Part shown: one piece after another, positions 1 through 13,769 of the stretch
Layout: each line of letters opens with the position of its first letter
Numbering within the stretch: the first letter of the stretch is position 1
Source of the DNA: Octopus vulgaris
Lineage: Eukaryota
Length of the DNA stretch: 64,000 nt
Assembly: GCA_951406725.2 (NCBI GenBank)
Contig: OX597816.1
Coordinates: 110,980,001 to 111,044,000 of the forward strand
Direction of reading: 5' to 3'
Translations under genes and position numbers: made by a program
The notes under the pieces: model-generated
What the model was told of the DNA's origin: nothing
The model's database searches: none
What the model saw: the letters and a program-made list of their open reading frames with translations, nothing else

Positions 1-328
1 GTAGGATAAGTTATATGTCATCGTCCAAACATAGGTGGACATGAAATTAAAAACACTCCAATTCACATTAGATGGACAATAGTCTCACATAGTCTCACAC
101 GTACAACTCTAGCCAACTTCGTTCTAATGGGTTCTACCACATTCTAACATTCAATAGGCTACATTCTGAACCAAAACAATAACATCCTTGCCTAAATTTT
201 TATTTTACAAAAGTATAGAGTAGTCCACGAGATTAATGTATATTCAAATTGTTTTTACTATGAATGAACATAAAACAAATATGTGTGTGTGCGAGCGCGT
301 GGGGGTTTGTTTATGTCTATGTATATAT

Positions 329-425
329 GCATGTATGTATGTATGTATGTATGTATGTATGTATGTATGTATGTATGTATGTATGTATGTATGTATGTAT
401 GTATGTATGTGTGTGTGTGTATGTA
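329..425. repeat. (ATGT)n/(GT)n microsatellite
   Basis: Direct tandem ATGT run then GT run; explains the ORFs at 236-562. Confidence 0.97.
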
Positions 426-1859
426 TATTTTGTATATACTTTTTCCAAACGCTTATCTGAGTTTAATGATATAATATACCTAGGGCATATGCAAAGAATT
501 GTAACCCAATCTTGAATCGAAAACCTGGTCCGCATAATTATAAGTACATTGTCTGAAAACAATAAACACTCGTTATTAAAACTTATGTAAGTATAATATA
601 GGCCCTCTTCTATATATATTCACTTTGTTTTGAAATGTGATGTAGAGTAGATGCAGATTCTGAGGTAAATGTAGGTTGTTTTGCACTTAGTTTTGCACAG
701 TTACCATATGTTAGTATTCTTTCCAGATTGAGTTATATGTTTTTTGGCTACTAAATAAAAGCTTTATAGCCACATGATTCTAAAGACTATAGATATTGTT
801 TCAATTAATTCATGTATTCATGTATTCATAAGTGTTCATTTTAGTAGCTTTATCTTGTATGAAATTAAATTATATCGTACTATTAAAAGTGATGGAGGAT
901 ATCTATATTTGATATTCGTCTCTGGTATTTACCTATTTTGATTAAGCTTAAGTCTGACGAGTAAATGAATTGCAGAATAAAATCTTGAATCAATGATTGG
1001 TCGTAGAGTTTGTTTGACAGGCACATAACACAACTTTCTCTCATCTGACTTATTCTACCTAACATAGTAAAGTGATTATTACTTACGTCTGAATAAGTAA
1101 GGAGAGATTTCAATGAGAGCAAATAGTAATATTATGTAGTTTCGCCATTCCCTAGGAGATGTAAGTAGTATGATAAGCATGAATTTAAAGTAAGACTTGA
1201 TTTACTCTCAAACTTAAAGTCTCTTCTGAATTGTCATGGCAAAACTATGCACAGTTAAAATATGATTTTTCATTACTCAAGTAATTATTTATCTAAAGCC
1301 AGTAAAATAAATACGTAGAACATGCAGAGGTTAATACAGTTGACTATGTTGATACTAATTTTATTGTCTTCAGAAGGATAATTACAGATTAAATGGAAGC
1401 CATATATACTCCTTAATTTTCTTTGACTGTGTGATGATGTTTTAAATTAGCCTTCAGGTGTATTCATCGATCACACATAAAGTATCGTTGGTTCGTTAAA
1501 TAATAGAAAACTCGGCAATTTGAAGGGAAGACACAAGCATAATTATATTAGATATGGAGAGGCAGGAATTAGTTAGTTGTAAATGGTTTAAATATTACAA
1601 TTTAATTGCACTAACACTAGATTAAGTAACTAATTATTCTTTCTTACGTAGGCTGCATTGCTACATAATGATTCGTGAGGCTTTTAATGACACCGGCTGA
1701 ATTGTATAATATTAAAACTAGCAAATCTTTTGAAGTGCGTAATATATACCCAACATGTTCCTACGTTATGTTATATCTTGTTAATCTTACCAGCAAATGA
1801 GGCTTGTTTCAGTTTTAAAGTATAATTTCATAATTAGTCGTTAAGAGGGCGGTGGACCA

Positions 1860-2278
1860 CCTATATAATAACCTGCATGGTCATCCGTGCATTATACTTT
1901 AGTTAGTTAAAGAGGTGGAGTGAGTGAGAGGTGAAGTAAGAGTGAGCGAGAGAGGGAGGAATGAAGAAAGTAGTGAGGAAGAAGTAGAGAAAGGTGATTA
2001 ATATTAATACATATAGACCAAATGGTCACGTGTCCAGCTAAAGGTAGAGGCAAAGAACGAGAGAAAAAGAAGACGTGAGAAATGTAGGGAGAGGCATACA
2101 TAAGTGGAAAAAGACAATACCGACGGAGACGTAAAGAAATGAACGTAGACGAACGTCAAGAATATTTTGAGAAAACAAAACTCTGAATATCATAAATACG
2201 CAAATTATCTTTTCTTTCTTAAATAGGTTCACAAAATTTTTTTCCATTCCGTGGAATTTACACGGGTCCTACAAGCAA
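1860..2278 (+). mobile_element. possible decayed non-autonomous Helitron (HINE-like)
   Basis: 5' cCTATATAATA resembles the TC-TATA start; subterminal hairpin CCGTG-gaattta-CACGG (2249-2265) about 10 nt before a degenerate CTAG-like end (GCAAT). Confidence 0.4.
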
Positions 2279-4034
2279 TATTAAATACAGTAAAAATAGT
2301 ATCCGAAACAAAGCAAAGCAACCACAAAAGCTAAACAAAAAATGAACTGGGTGAAGATTATTCTTTATTTCTACACCCCAGAAAGAATTACAGGTCTTCG
2401 ATAGTGATTCATCAACATTACACTTAGAGAGATAGAGAATAAGAGGAAAATTGAAGATATTTTTGGAAAGTTAGGATAATTTTTAATGATTTTGGTTATA
2501 GCTCTGTGTATGACATTCCTCAAAGCAAGAAATGTTAGCCTATCTTTCTCAAATATTTCTACGTTTCTCCACTATCATTATCTACTTGTTATGTAAAACT
2601 AAGAATTATAGTCTGAACTTTTGTTCACTGTTGTAATTTTTCTCTATAATACTGTTTCGTTCCAAATTGGCTTTCCATAGATTACCTAAGGCTGATGCAG
2701 ACTGAATTTTAGATTGCAAGCAGTTGCTATTAAACTAAATTCATTATAATACTAACTTCAGCACAATTTTAAATTTCTAGGCTACCTTTTCAAATCATTG
2801 CAGATTTAACAAACAGGTATTAATTCAGTCGATCATAACAATAAGTACGAGAATGTTTAGAAGTTTCAAGGAAATTAATAATCACTCGCTTATTTAGTGC
2901 AATTTAAATAGATATTATAAATGCCATATTTAGTATATATCTCTATCGCATTTGAAATTAGAAGTGTTGAAACCAATTCCAGTCTCCGTTCATCATCCAT
3001 ACATGTGATATATAGATGGAAAAATCTTTGGTGTTTGCCTTTTTAATTATGGGAATATATTTTGAACAAAGTCTTTAATCTGCTTCTCATAACAAAGCAG
3101 TGCTTATTCATGTCCCTTAAGGGAATATAGTTGAAGATAATCATTATCATGACTTCATTTTAATTATGTGACAATTCCAAAGATATCTCAGATTCTGTTG
3201 CTGAATTCAAACATCCCATTCTTTTAATGTTTCTATTTGTTCAGAAACAAACTACTATAATTTAAGAAGAATTAAATAATTGTATTAGAAACCATAGTTA
3301 TAAAAAGAAATCTAAGTGTCGATTAGAAATGCAGTGAAATTAACGCCATCAATAATAGTAACCCAGTTAAAGAGTGACGACCTAGATAGATACTAATATA
3401 GGATCAGATCTGGAAATTTGTACAAAGGCGTATTTTAAATTATACGTAACATTGTACAATGTACGAAACAATACATGCTAACAGGGTGAAGCAATCTAAA
3501 AGGAAATTACGCATAACATTTTAATAATATAGTCGGTACCAAGAAGGCCAGTCAAATATTCTGTGAATTAGTCAGTAAAATACGTCAATAATTTCTTCCC
3601 CGAAGAAATCAATATATGAAGTACAATTTCTCTGAAGCAGGAGACAGATACTAGATGATGATAGCTCGTCTCATTAAGAGGCATTTATACTAAATTCTGT
3701 CTATCATTTGGTACTTTTTACTGCCAATTAGGGAAGTATTTCCAGCATTTTAAATATTTTGAACAAGCATCAATTTAATGCAAAAAATACCAATACTCAG
3801 AGAATTCAATATAGGAAATTAGTCTACAATGTATATGATATTTATGATTTTTTTATAAACCCAAACCAGCATATTAGTGTAAGTATACAAATTTGTATAT
3901 GTGTATACATAGGTATTCATATATATGCATACCTACATATGCGCATACTTATAAGCCTGTGTGTTTGTTGATATATATGTGTGTGAGTGTGTATTATGTA
4001 TGTATACACACATGCACACAAACACACATATATA

Positions 4035-5269
4035 CAGGGTGCGATTGGTAAATTGTCGTCATTTCATACTTTTAATTTCATTCATGCGCATTGTTTATTT
4101 TTGATTTTATCGAATACACAGTATAGTAGGGTCAGCTGGGTACTGTCTGTGAGAAAAACAGCACAATAACGCAATTCACTCTGTCATAAATTTGGTAGCG
4201 ACATGCTGTAACGCTTGACATTCCCACCTGAAGCACCAATACGTAGATTTCAGAGTATTTAGGTGTAAATCTGAGAACAATGCAGAAGATTCGCTGAGAG
4301 CTGGATGAGTGTAATGGGGATTACAAAGGTATGGCAGCTCGAAAACTCACTTTGATCGTTCTGATAAGAAAAGAACTGAATTTGTTGGTGAGATCCAGGC
4401 GATGATTGACAACGAACCCTCCAAGTCAATCAGGTCCTGGGACATGGGAGTGTCTGAGTTTCTTATCAGTGCATGAAGACATTCGGTATTACTAATAGAA
4501 GATGAGAAAGGGCCAATTTTTATCCCAAGCCATCAAGATTTTGAACAAACGCGAGTATCCCTTCCAACCGAACATTCTATGTTTTTTTTTTCAGACGAGA
4601 AATATTCTGCCAGGATCAGATGGTTTACACACACAGAACAACTGTTGGTTTGCCGTGTCCCCAAAACATATACGCAATGTGATAAAAATCAAACATCCAG
4701 TCAATATCGTGGTATTTGGAGTGATCACTAGTCATGGTGCGTTATGCCTCCATTCACCTCCCCACACGGCCTCGGACTCAACATGGAGGCTTACAGCAAG
4801 CGCTTTGAGGAGGTAGTGCTGCCCTGGAAGTCCCTACGTCTAGCAACATGACTCTGCACCATGCATACAGGCAGAAGAAACCAGACAATTTCTGCGACCA
4901 CATCACCCCTAACATCTGGCCACCTAACTCCCCAGACTGCAATCCCCTTGATTATTATGTTCCGGATGCAGTTGAGCAAGAAACCAACAAAACTCCTTCT
5001 AACATCAAAGATGAACTGATGGCAAAGATTATGGCAGCATTCACCAACTTAAACAAGGAGACAGTCCAGAAGAGATGCAGGAGATTCCGAAGTTATTTAG
5101 AAGCCATGGCTGAAGACAATGGCGATTTTATTGAATAAATATTCTCTAGCATTTCAAGCTAGTTTTATGTAATTTTAATAAATATATCTGTCAAAATGAG
5201 ATTTCAGTGTTATTTTCCCTTTTGCTTAATTTTGCTTAAATTAGACGACAATTTGTTCACCGCGCCCTG
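4035..5269 (+). mobile_element. degenerate Tc1/mariner DNA transposon (DDxD, maT-like)
   Basis: Imperfect 26-bp TIRs CAGGGTGCGATTGGTAAATTGTCGTC / GACGACAATTTGTTCACCGCGCCCTG, TA on the left; broken transposase with VVFGVITS, WPPNSPDCNPLDYY and C-terminal FRSYLEAMAEDNGDFIE. Confidence 0.88.
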
Positions 5270-5568
5270 AATATATCTTCAATGAAATTTCTCAAATATA
5301 GTTACATTCTACCACATTACAGTCACCAACTGACAGACGGTCCCTGTCATATCTGCGAAGTCACAGAAATATTGAACATAGGATAACAAACTCTTTTTCT
5401 GTCGGTAATATATATATATATATCTATTGTTTCATATACAGTTTATATCAATCTTTATTGGTGAAAATGTTGCAATTTCGGGTTTTCTTAAGACGTATTT
5501 AGTCCATGTTGCTTGTATGAGAGTTTGTTTGTAAATGAATCAGCATGTAGTAAAATCTACGTGGAGGT

Positions 5569-5733
5569 TAGGGCCGGCTGAATATATCGGCAACTCAGGC
5601 AGCCGCCCGGGGAGCCATGTGCTAGGTTTGCGCCAAGGAGGGCATGACAAACACAAAAGATTTCTACGAACGCCAGCTTGTTCACGCCGAAACTCAGCTT
5701 GTCCGGCGGGCAGCAAACCTAAGGCCGGACCTT
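5569..5733. mobile_element. hAT-type MITE, 165 bp
   Basis: GC-rich island with TIRs TAGGGCCGGC / GCCGGACCTT flanked by a perfect 8-bp direct repeat GTGGAGGT (5561-5568 and 5734-5741). Confidence 0.85.
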
Positions 5734-7929
5734 GTGGAGGTAATTGGTGACAGTCAAAATTCGAGACAGGGCAGTAAATTGCACTTTTAAGTGGAGTTAA
5801 AGTAGTGAGATAAAATATGTACAGCGTTGGTCATGCATTTATGAATTAAAATATTGACATGTATGAATGTATATATGTATATTATTTCCATAGATTCAAC
5901 TTCTGTGTTCCGGGAGGTTAGTTGGAGCAGAGTCCCCAGATATCACCTGTATAGGGTCCAAATAACAGTCATTACCTTTTCCGCTGGATTCCTAAGAGGG
6001 ACCAATGAGACTATTGATATTTATCCAACCATTTTGTTTTTGATCTACATCTAGTTTAATTGACCTCCGTAAATTATGGTCTGTCAATATATAAATATTT
6101 GTAATTACCATTGTTCATTAGCATTGCTTCTAAATGAACACATATTTATTCAATAGCAAATATAGATTTATAAATATATGATAATTGTTATCATAATATA
6201 TCAAGCTAAATTTGGGGGAGGGGGTTAGTGAACCCCTAGCAAAAAATTGAAAATCTTGAATTTTGTTACAGTTACCACCAGCACCTTCAGCTTGTTAGCA
6301 TATAGCCGAATTCACTGTGGTAAAAGCATTTCAACCACATCTCTGTCTGATGATAAATTGGTATTTCAATGTTTTTGCTGGTTCAGCAGCAATCCATGCG
6401 TCGTATTTTTTTAGTCATTTTCATCATTAGTCTCGGAGGTTCAGAAAATAATCTTGAGTAACCTCCACTTCCGCGTCTGACAAAAAAATTTAAAAAATGA
6501 TATGACAAAAATTGAATATTAGGTTACTGGACCTAAATCAACAGAATGGTGAATACACTAGACGCTGTATCCTCCAAACTCTAGATTTGGCTTTATTCAT
6601 ATTTGCTATTACTTTCCCTTGTGTCTTAATTGTTTTCGTAACGACAGGGTATCACAAATTATTAATTGACCTTCAAATACAGGTAGTAAATTCAAGTCTT
6701 AAAATTCTGTCAAAAAGTGTTAAAACTAAAGATAGCAGGCTTCTATTGATTACATTACAAAACAAATAAATTACAGATGAAAGATGGAAGTTTTCGTATT
6801 CTAAATTAAAGATGTTTGTCTTTCTTCAAAACGAAAGTAAACAAAGTTTACATTCATGCGATATGCGTTTCAGGTCTCGTTAACTTATGCATTACCGCAT
6901 TGTAATACATATGTCTTAAAGGAAATCAAGATTTAAATTGGCTAAAGAAAAGGGAAGTTGTATATCCGTTCATAGTCTACACTTTTGTGACTATCGTGAC
7001 ACAGGACATGTAGATAAGGTGATTTGTTTTCTTTACTCTTTAGCTTTGTTGACTGTAGGGAGAACAATATTCTAGACGGTCTGGAAAAATTAAATGTAAC
7101 GTTATCTTTTAAGTGGAAAATTTCTTTAACATTAGTCTAATGTTTGTGTATTAACAACTATCAATTTAGCTCCGTATGCTCCAAAACGCATGAAACAGGT
7201 ACTAATGAAAGTGCTAAGATAATAGTTTCTATATGTTCCCAAAACATAAGATGGAAGAAATCGACCATAAATTTAAGATGGAAGTATTGATAAATTATAT
7301 TTACATTCCAAACATATTTTATGTATTTTAGCAGCTCATCTATTTCCTCGACTCGCTCTCAGCTGGCTTTCACTGAGTTGCTAATCAGTACCTTTGTTTA
7401 TGTTCTCAATATTTGAAATGAAAATATTGATGCTTTTAGGGTTTCCTTTTAACGATGAGACATTAAGTAAAAATGTTTATCCATATCTTAAAACATTCTA
7501 ATAACTTATCAGATTATCATTTCAAAAGTTTTTGTTTGCTATTATGGCCGAACACGATCTATCATAATCGATATTTCAACACACATTCTTTTAAATATTC
7601 AACGCTATGACTCCTTAATTGCAATTATAGTTTCGAAAAATGGGACTTACAATCAATATTTAGATATGATAGTTATTTTCAATTTCATAGAATGCATAAT
7701 TTTACTAAAAAGGAAAAACAGATGTTCCTTTATTTCATTCAAATATAAATGGGAATTTGAAAGTTTACGTTTATCAAAAACGTTACGAATGAAGTCCAAT
7801 TTTTTAATTAACATTCTCCTGATTTATTAATTATAGAATAATTATAAACATTTTACTTTCACAAGAAGTTTGTAAGTTTACATTAAATTCATTCATAATC
7901 ATCTTATTATTAATAGTTCCAGTGGAGCC

Positions 7930-7943
7930 GATATATACGTACA

Positions 7944-7981
<38 letters not shown>

Positions 7982-8152
7982 CACACATATATATACACAC
8001 ACAAATGTATATAATATATATAGAATATATATATATATGGGCATATATACAAACATATATGTACATACTGATATATATGTGTGTGTGTATATATACATAC
8101 ATATATATATATATATACACACACGCATATACATATATATATATGCATATAT
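7930..8152. repeat. compound (CA)n/(TA)n microsatellite
   Basis: Direct inspection. Confidence 0.95.
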
Positions 8153-9159
8153 GGTTACAGGATGTCACAAAACGTAAACGATATGAAATAGGTGGGGTTT
8201 CATGCTTCCAATTTCCCGTCTCTGTCTTTGTGTCCATACCGTATTGTATAAATATGTTTTGTGTACTTTGATTTTATCTTTGAAAGAAACTAATTACCGC
8301 GTATGTCTCTCTTTGAAGTTATTATTTCTCCCATCAAATCTGTAATGCTGTTCTTGTAGACCGATTTGATTTTTAGGTATTTGTTCTCCCGGAGACAGTC
8401 GTCCAGAAGCCTAAAATTTCTAGACTCTTGGGGAATATACCTAATGCTATTTTTAATGTGGTTGAATATAATTTACTCTATATTTTAACTCTATTTCTAT
8501 TGAAGATCTGCCTGTATTTATCTGATTGAGGGAAGTATATATGTGTGTGTATATATATGCGTGTGTGTGTGTGTGTGCGTGCGTGTGTGTATGCATGTAT
8601 GTATGCATGTATGCATGTATGTGTGTTTGTCTGATTGGGTCTGCGTGTGTGTGGGTGTGCGTGTGTGTATATATACTGTAATTATGTTGCTTTTGTACGA
8701 ATGCGAGCCGTTCTGAACATGCACATTGATCTAAAATATTTATTAATTTCCAATCATAAGCAATTCATTCTGAAATTACTCGTTTGAAATTTTACCTAAC
8801 ATTATGATAATTTTGCAATTTACTGCCATTAATTTGCATCTTGTTTCCCCATCCCATTTGCACATATATCCCAATATGTTCTATTGACTGACTGAACTAA
8901 AAGCGTTGAATGAATGTAAATGATAATGTGAGCCTGAACCTCCTCAAATTAGTGACCAAACTTATAAATTATTCCTTACGTAAATTTAAAGGGTGGTAAT
9001 CTTTTCTTCGCCGACTTATTTTCTCCAGAAATACACGTGTCTTGAGGTGTGCTGGAGAATTTCTATTTTGGATATATTTGGGGTACTTAATTGTGCTCAT
9101 GACTTAGTTTTTGCCTCTTCCATGGGTATATTTAAGTATTTCATTTATTCCTTTGCCGC

Positions 9160-9219
9160 ATTCATCACTGATGAAGAGAAGGTTCTTATGAATTAACTCT
9201 GAAACCGGGTCCGAAATGG
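9160..9219 (+). ncRNA. degenerate minimal type-I hammerhead ribozyme motif
   Basis: CTGATGA (9168) - AGAG...CTCT stem II - GAAAC-CGG-GTC; stem I only partly retained. Confidence 0.6.
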
Positions 9220-9462
9220 TAATAACGGAATTTTTTTAGAAATTTCTGTCGGCTTTCTTTGAGACACGTACTTATAGTGATAAATTATATGGTTATTGAC
9301 GATGTGTCTGTTTTCGACATATTTGGCATAAGAAATTTTTTGTTTTGCCCTTGTTTATAAGTTGTTTATAAATTTAACCTTTAAAGGTATTTTTTAATAT
9401 GCTGGCTATTGATAGAATTTTATCCTATATTATATATATATATATATATATATTTATATACA

Positions 9463-10496
9463 CTAGCTGACGTACCCGGTAATTCCCGGAAAGCTGGGTT
9501 TATTCCTCGGTTACTTGCTCATAATTATTTCGTTAAACCAATTACAATACAATGTATGTAGCCCTTAAAACGGTTTTTGTTCATTTACAGAAAATACAGA
9601 ACTGTCTTACAGAGGATCTTGTTTTTAGGAATTCCCAGTAAGGTATGAATGCCCAAATTGTGAAGTCAATTATATAACAACAAAATGTGGAATTGCCTTG
9701 ACCTCCCATAGCTTGCACTCGGGTGTCCCTGTCAAGTAATGCCTCATTGTGAATGGCGTTATTAAACGTGGCAATATCCGCTGAGGTTTGCCTTTGAAAC
9801 CTTTCTAGATGTCCTCTGCCATGCTGGTTCTGTGGATCGCCTAAAGCTTGTGAATTTCACGCAAACCACATGTCATCATCATGATAGAAAATAGCTGGTG
9901 CATTTGGCTTAGTGTTGTGCTGACTGCTGCCTCCTCTAGTGTCTGATCCCAGTGAGCATCGTCCTCAAGTAGTTCATGTTTGACGCAGGCTTCTCTATAG
10001 GCCGTGCAGACTTCCCATTGTGTCTTCAAAAAATCTGTGAATGATGTATGACCTCTGACAATGTGTAGCAGTAGACACAGAGAGAAGCACTCCTGCTGAT
10101 TAGGGCGCACACTGTAAACCCGCCCGATGGCCACACTTCTGAAGACAGCATCTTCTTCCCAGCCCTCAATGCGTGTTCCTTGCTTGCACAGGTATAGTAC
10201 ACGGTGACCTCAACATACAACAGTGTTCGGGCAAACAGATCACATTGGCATAATTTGAAGAAAGCTATCGAAGTGGATTCTCATGGCTCCAAAACTACGT
10301 TTCGTTTCGAGTATTGTCTTCTTTGAAATATACACGCTGGTCATTTTCAAGATGTACAGATAGATTTTAAGAAGGTGTCCCTACATGAATTTGTGAAGCC
10401 TTGGAGCAAGTTACAGGTCAAAAATGGAGAATCTCCACAATTAAATGCACACACTCATGCAAGAACAACATGGATAATGTAGGTATATATATGAGA
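9463..10496 (-). mobile_element. internally deleted Helitron with RepHel fragment
   Basis: Minus-strand peptide IGRVYSVRPNQQECFSLCLLLHIVRGHTSF...YREACVKHELLEDDAHWDQTLEEA is typical of Helitron RepHel; 3' end CCGG hairpin + CTAG|T at 9463; candidate 5' A|TC at 10496. Confidence 0.85.
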
Positions 10497-10502
10497 TATT
10501 TT

Positions 10503-10575
10503 GGTGTTCAGAAGACCCAAACGGCAAGTAAGGATGGCATATCATTTATTTCCCTGAAACAGCTGTAAGAACACC
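10503..10575 (+). ncRNA. decayed hammerhead motif (Penelope-like terminal repeat remnant)
   Basis: Stem I GGTGTTC/GAACACC, CAGAAGA core variant, TCCCT-GAAACAGCTGTA; same 3' half as the 12712 motif. Confidence 0.5.
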
Positions 10576-12711
10576 TTTCTATTTATAAATGTCCTAGGAA
10601 TATGAAATTGCTTTGGATTTATTTTATTTTATTTAACACACGCACACACATGCACACACATATGCATATGTGTATGACATCGCATGGTTCAAAGGATTAA
10701 TATATGCACAAACTAATGAGCACACAATCCAATGAATTCACAGCACAATGGTCCAAGTTTGGCGTCGAAATATGTGAAAAGAACATGAAACTCCGCAATT
10801 ATGAACACTTATATTTGCATACTCAAACACAGATATAATGGATCCAACAGGTGTCTGTGAGTGTGTGTTAGTGTACGTGTGTACGTGTGTGTGTGTGTGT
10901 GTGTGTAAATATACTGTATGGATATGCATGAGCATATACGTGTGTATTTATGTTTAAATTTATAAAGTCGGACGTGACCGGGGCTAATGCAAGGGAGACA
11001 ACAACTAGGAGTTGTCGCATATCTGTATATTTTTCTGTTCATCCCAAAATCCTGTACATTTACGTGTGGCTTCGTATATTTTCAACTAAGTTGGATTTGA
11101 GTAACGGTGTACCATGCGGAATTCAAAAACTTTTGAGAAATCTTCTCGCTGCATGAAACTAACGGTAGCCTCGTTAATATACACATAAAGAATATTTATC
11201 TACCAATGTGGTGTTGAACACTCATTAGTGCATATTTAGCCAATAATATAAGAAAATGTAAATATATACCGACCTCCAAATAAGATGTAAATTTGTTTGT
11301 AATATCTGGCCGTGAAGCCTTTACTACGTAATGGATATTTGCTACTGACATCTGCTCTCTAAACGTAGTCAGTCATTTAACCCATGGAGATGATAGTCTT
11401 GGGAGAATGTAATAATTTACTTTAAAACATACATTGATTTTTAACATAATGGAAATCTTGGTAATGAAAATTTTAGCTGAACTTTGACCCAAAGAAATAA
11501 CATTCGATTTTCTGTAACAAACAGTGACATACCTTCAAGAATCTCATATTCCCGAAATATCTCCTAAATATGCACTCTAGTAGCTTAATCTAATGGTAAA
11601 CTTAATATATAGTCATTCATGGCATCTTACCGATTCTTTAGTACATTAGTGTTTGTATTCTTTTCATCTACAAAATGTATATGAAATAACATTTTGATTC
11701 ATTTTTGCTTTATTCTATTGATTTAATACAAGTAATTTTATACTACCGATAGCATATATCTTTCGTGTTTTAAGAGATTGAACAATTGCAATATAGTCTT
11801 CTGTATTTCGTGCAGACATCAAAACTGCAGTAGTATATTTATAAATTAATATCGATTCGTAAAACAGGAACAGGGCAAAATATTTAGTTGGAAGGACTTG
11901 GCATATATTGTCGCCCCAGTAACATTATTTAATTCATATTTTGGAGAAACAGTAGGCACAGCTGTGTTTGTAAAGAGTTCTCATGATAACAACATAGTCA
12001 TCACGCAAAACATGCTGAAAATGACATTTTATTGAAACGTCGTCAATGGAAAAGTTGTGGAAGTTTAATTTACACACATAAACGCATACGTTTGCACACA
12101 CATAAAAACATGCACGCATAAGCACATAAACACACAGACATAAATACATGTATAAATATATGAAAAATAACTGAGTAACTACTGACATATATTTGAACAT
12201 CAAAGACAACTGATGATATATCGAGCTATTGAAATTATCTCTGCTTCCAGAAAAGGTAGTATCGTCAAACAGAAGTAAATGAGATAATTTTTTAGTTCCC
12301 AAATGGACGTACCTTTAAGAAAATACAGTCGAAATATCTGGAAAGAAGTGTACATCTTTGGACTCGTATATTTGACTCACTAAGCGATTTTCAGCTCAAA
12401 AGCTGTCCGAACATTCTCAAATTTTCATTCATACCACAAGGTACTTTCGAATGAACAACCTCAGAATCTACGGATCCATACTTTGAAATTACTAAACATG
12501 AATAACTATTGGAACTTACATACCATGTACAGGAAACTTTTTTACCACTTCTATACACCACTTTCCTCGAATAATGGAACTGCAACTACAATATTTTTAT
12601 ATATTTTATATTTTATTTCTCTTATTTACTTGTAGTCCCTATATCCTCCTTTTTCATAATAATTCCTTATTTCGAACTGAAATATTTACTCCTATTTAAT
12701 CATCTTACATC

Positions 12712-12760
12712 GTCTCTGATGAAGGGTTATGCATAATATCCCAGAAACAGCTGCAAGATT
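12712..12760 (+). ncRNA. minimal type-I hammerhead ribozyme motif
   Basis: TCT-CTGATGA-AGGG...CCCA-GAAACAGCTGCA-AGA; palindromic stem III; cleavage triplet mutated to GCA. Confidence 0.7.
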
Positions 12761-12829
12761 GTATCTATATCTTTTTCCTGAAAACCCCTCACAGCCTTGG
12801 CTTTGTTATCTCATTTTGTCTAATATAGA

Positions 12830-12872
12830 CACACGCACACACAGACACACACACAGACATACACACACACAA

Positions 12873-12941
<69 letters not shown>

Positions 12942-12946
12942 GATAT

Positions 12947-13008
<62 letters not shown>
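12830..13008. repeat. compound (CA)n-(TA)n-(TAGA)n microsatellite
   Basis: Direct inspection. Confidence 0.97.
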
Positions 13009-13009
<1 letters not shown>

Positions 13010-13010
<1 letters not shown>

Positions 13011-13192
13011 GGGAAGGCTTGGATGGAGATCCAACTTTGCTAGTTCTTTCACAGGGATTAGAAAAACTGAAGGACCGCTGCAATAACTGTGTGAATCTGA
13101 GAGGGGAATATGTTCAATGAAGTCATAATTAACTAATCCTCCTATATTTTCTTTTACCCAAAGCGAGGAACTTTTCAGCCCTGCCCCGCGTA
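13010..13192 (+). mobile_element. mariner-like 3' terminal fragment
   Basis: Encodes ...SFFTGLEKLKDRCNNCVNLRGEYVQ* with a frameshift (mariner C-terminus pattern); ends in TIR-like CTTTTCAGCCCTGCCCCGCG-TA. Confidence 0.65.
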
Positions 13193-13769
13193 CAGTCAGG
13201 CATGAATGCTCTGATGACAAGACTGCAGGTCAGGTATAACCGACATTATAGCGACACATTTGTAATGACGATCACAGCTGACCTGCACTCTCCTCAGCAG
13301 AATATTAATTTCGATCTCACTTCTCCCTGCTGAGGAGAGTGTAGGCAGAAGTGATAGTGACACTTGAGCGACACCAAATGTATTAAAAAGGAGAATATTT
13401 TGGACCGTGAGACTGGGTAGGTAACTCTTTGGAGGGACTTGAGGGGAGGGTCAATGTGAATACCATATGGACCAGTGATGCGTATGCGTGTGTATCTGTT
13501 GTTTGTGTGTGCGAAAACATATGCGTTAATGCCTGCTGCATACTCGTGTGTGCACGTACGTATTTATTATGCATGTATGATGGTACGCACACACATGAAA
13601 AAATGCTTCTATCCTGACAGCTTTGGCTGAAAACATTCTCTTCCCATTTACAGTTGGGTCACATATAACCACCTTTCAATCTCCACTTTTGCGAATATTT
13701 CCTCTTTCTATTACCAACCATTGTTCGCACCCATGGCAAATTTGTCATTAAACCAATGTATATATGTCA

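Noticed and set aside
236-562. ORFs with MYVC/HTYI repeats, and all similar CV, YI, HT, poly-I/L/N/Y/H/S ORFs
   Set aside because: Translations of microsatellites; no domain signal.
11623-11650. miR-8-5p-like CATCTTACCG (and bantam-like TGAGATCA at 62308)
   Set aside because: Seed-length match only; no complementary arm or hairpin.
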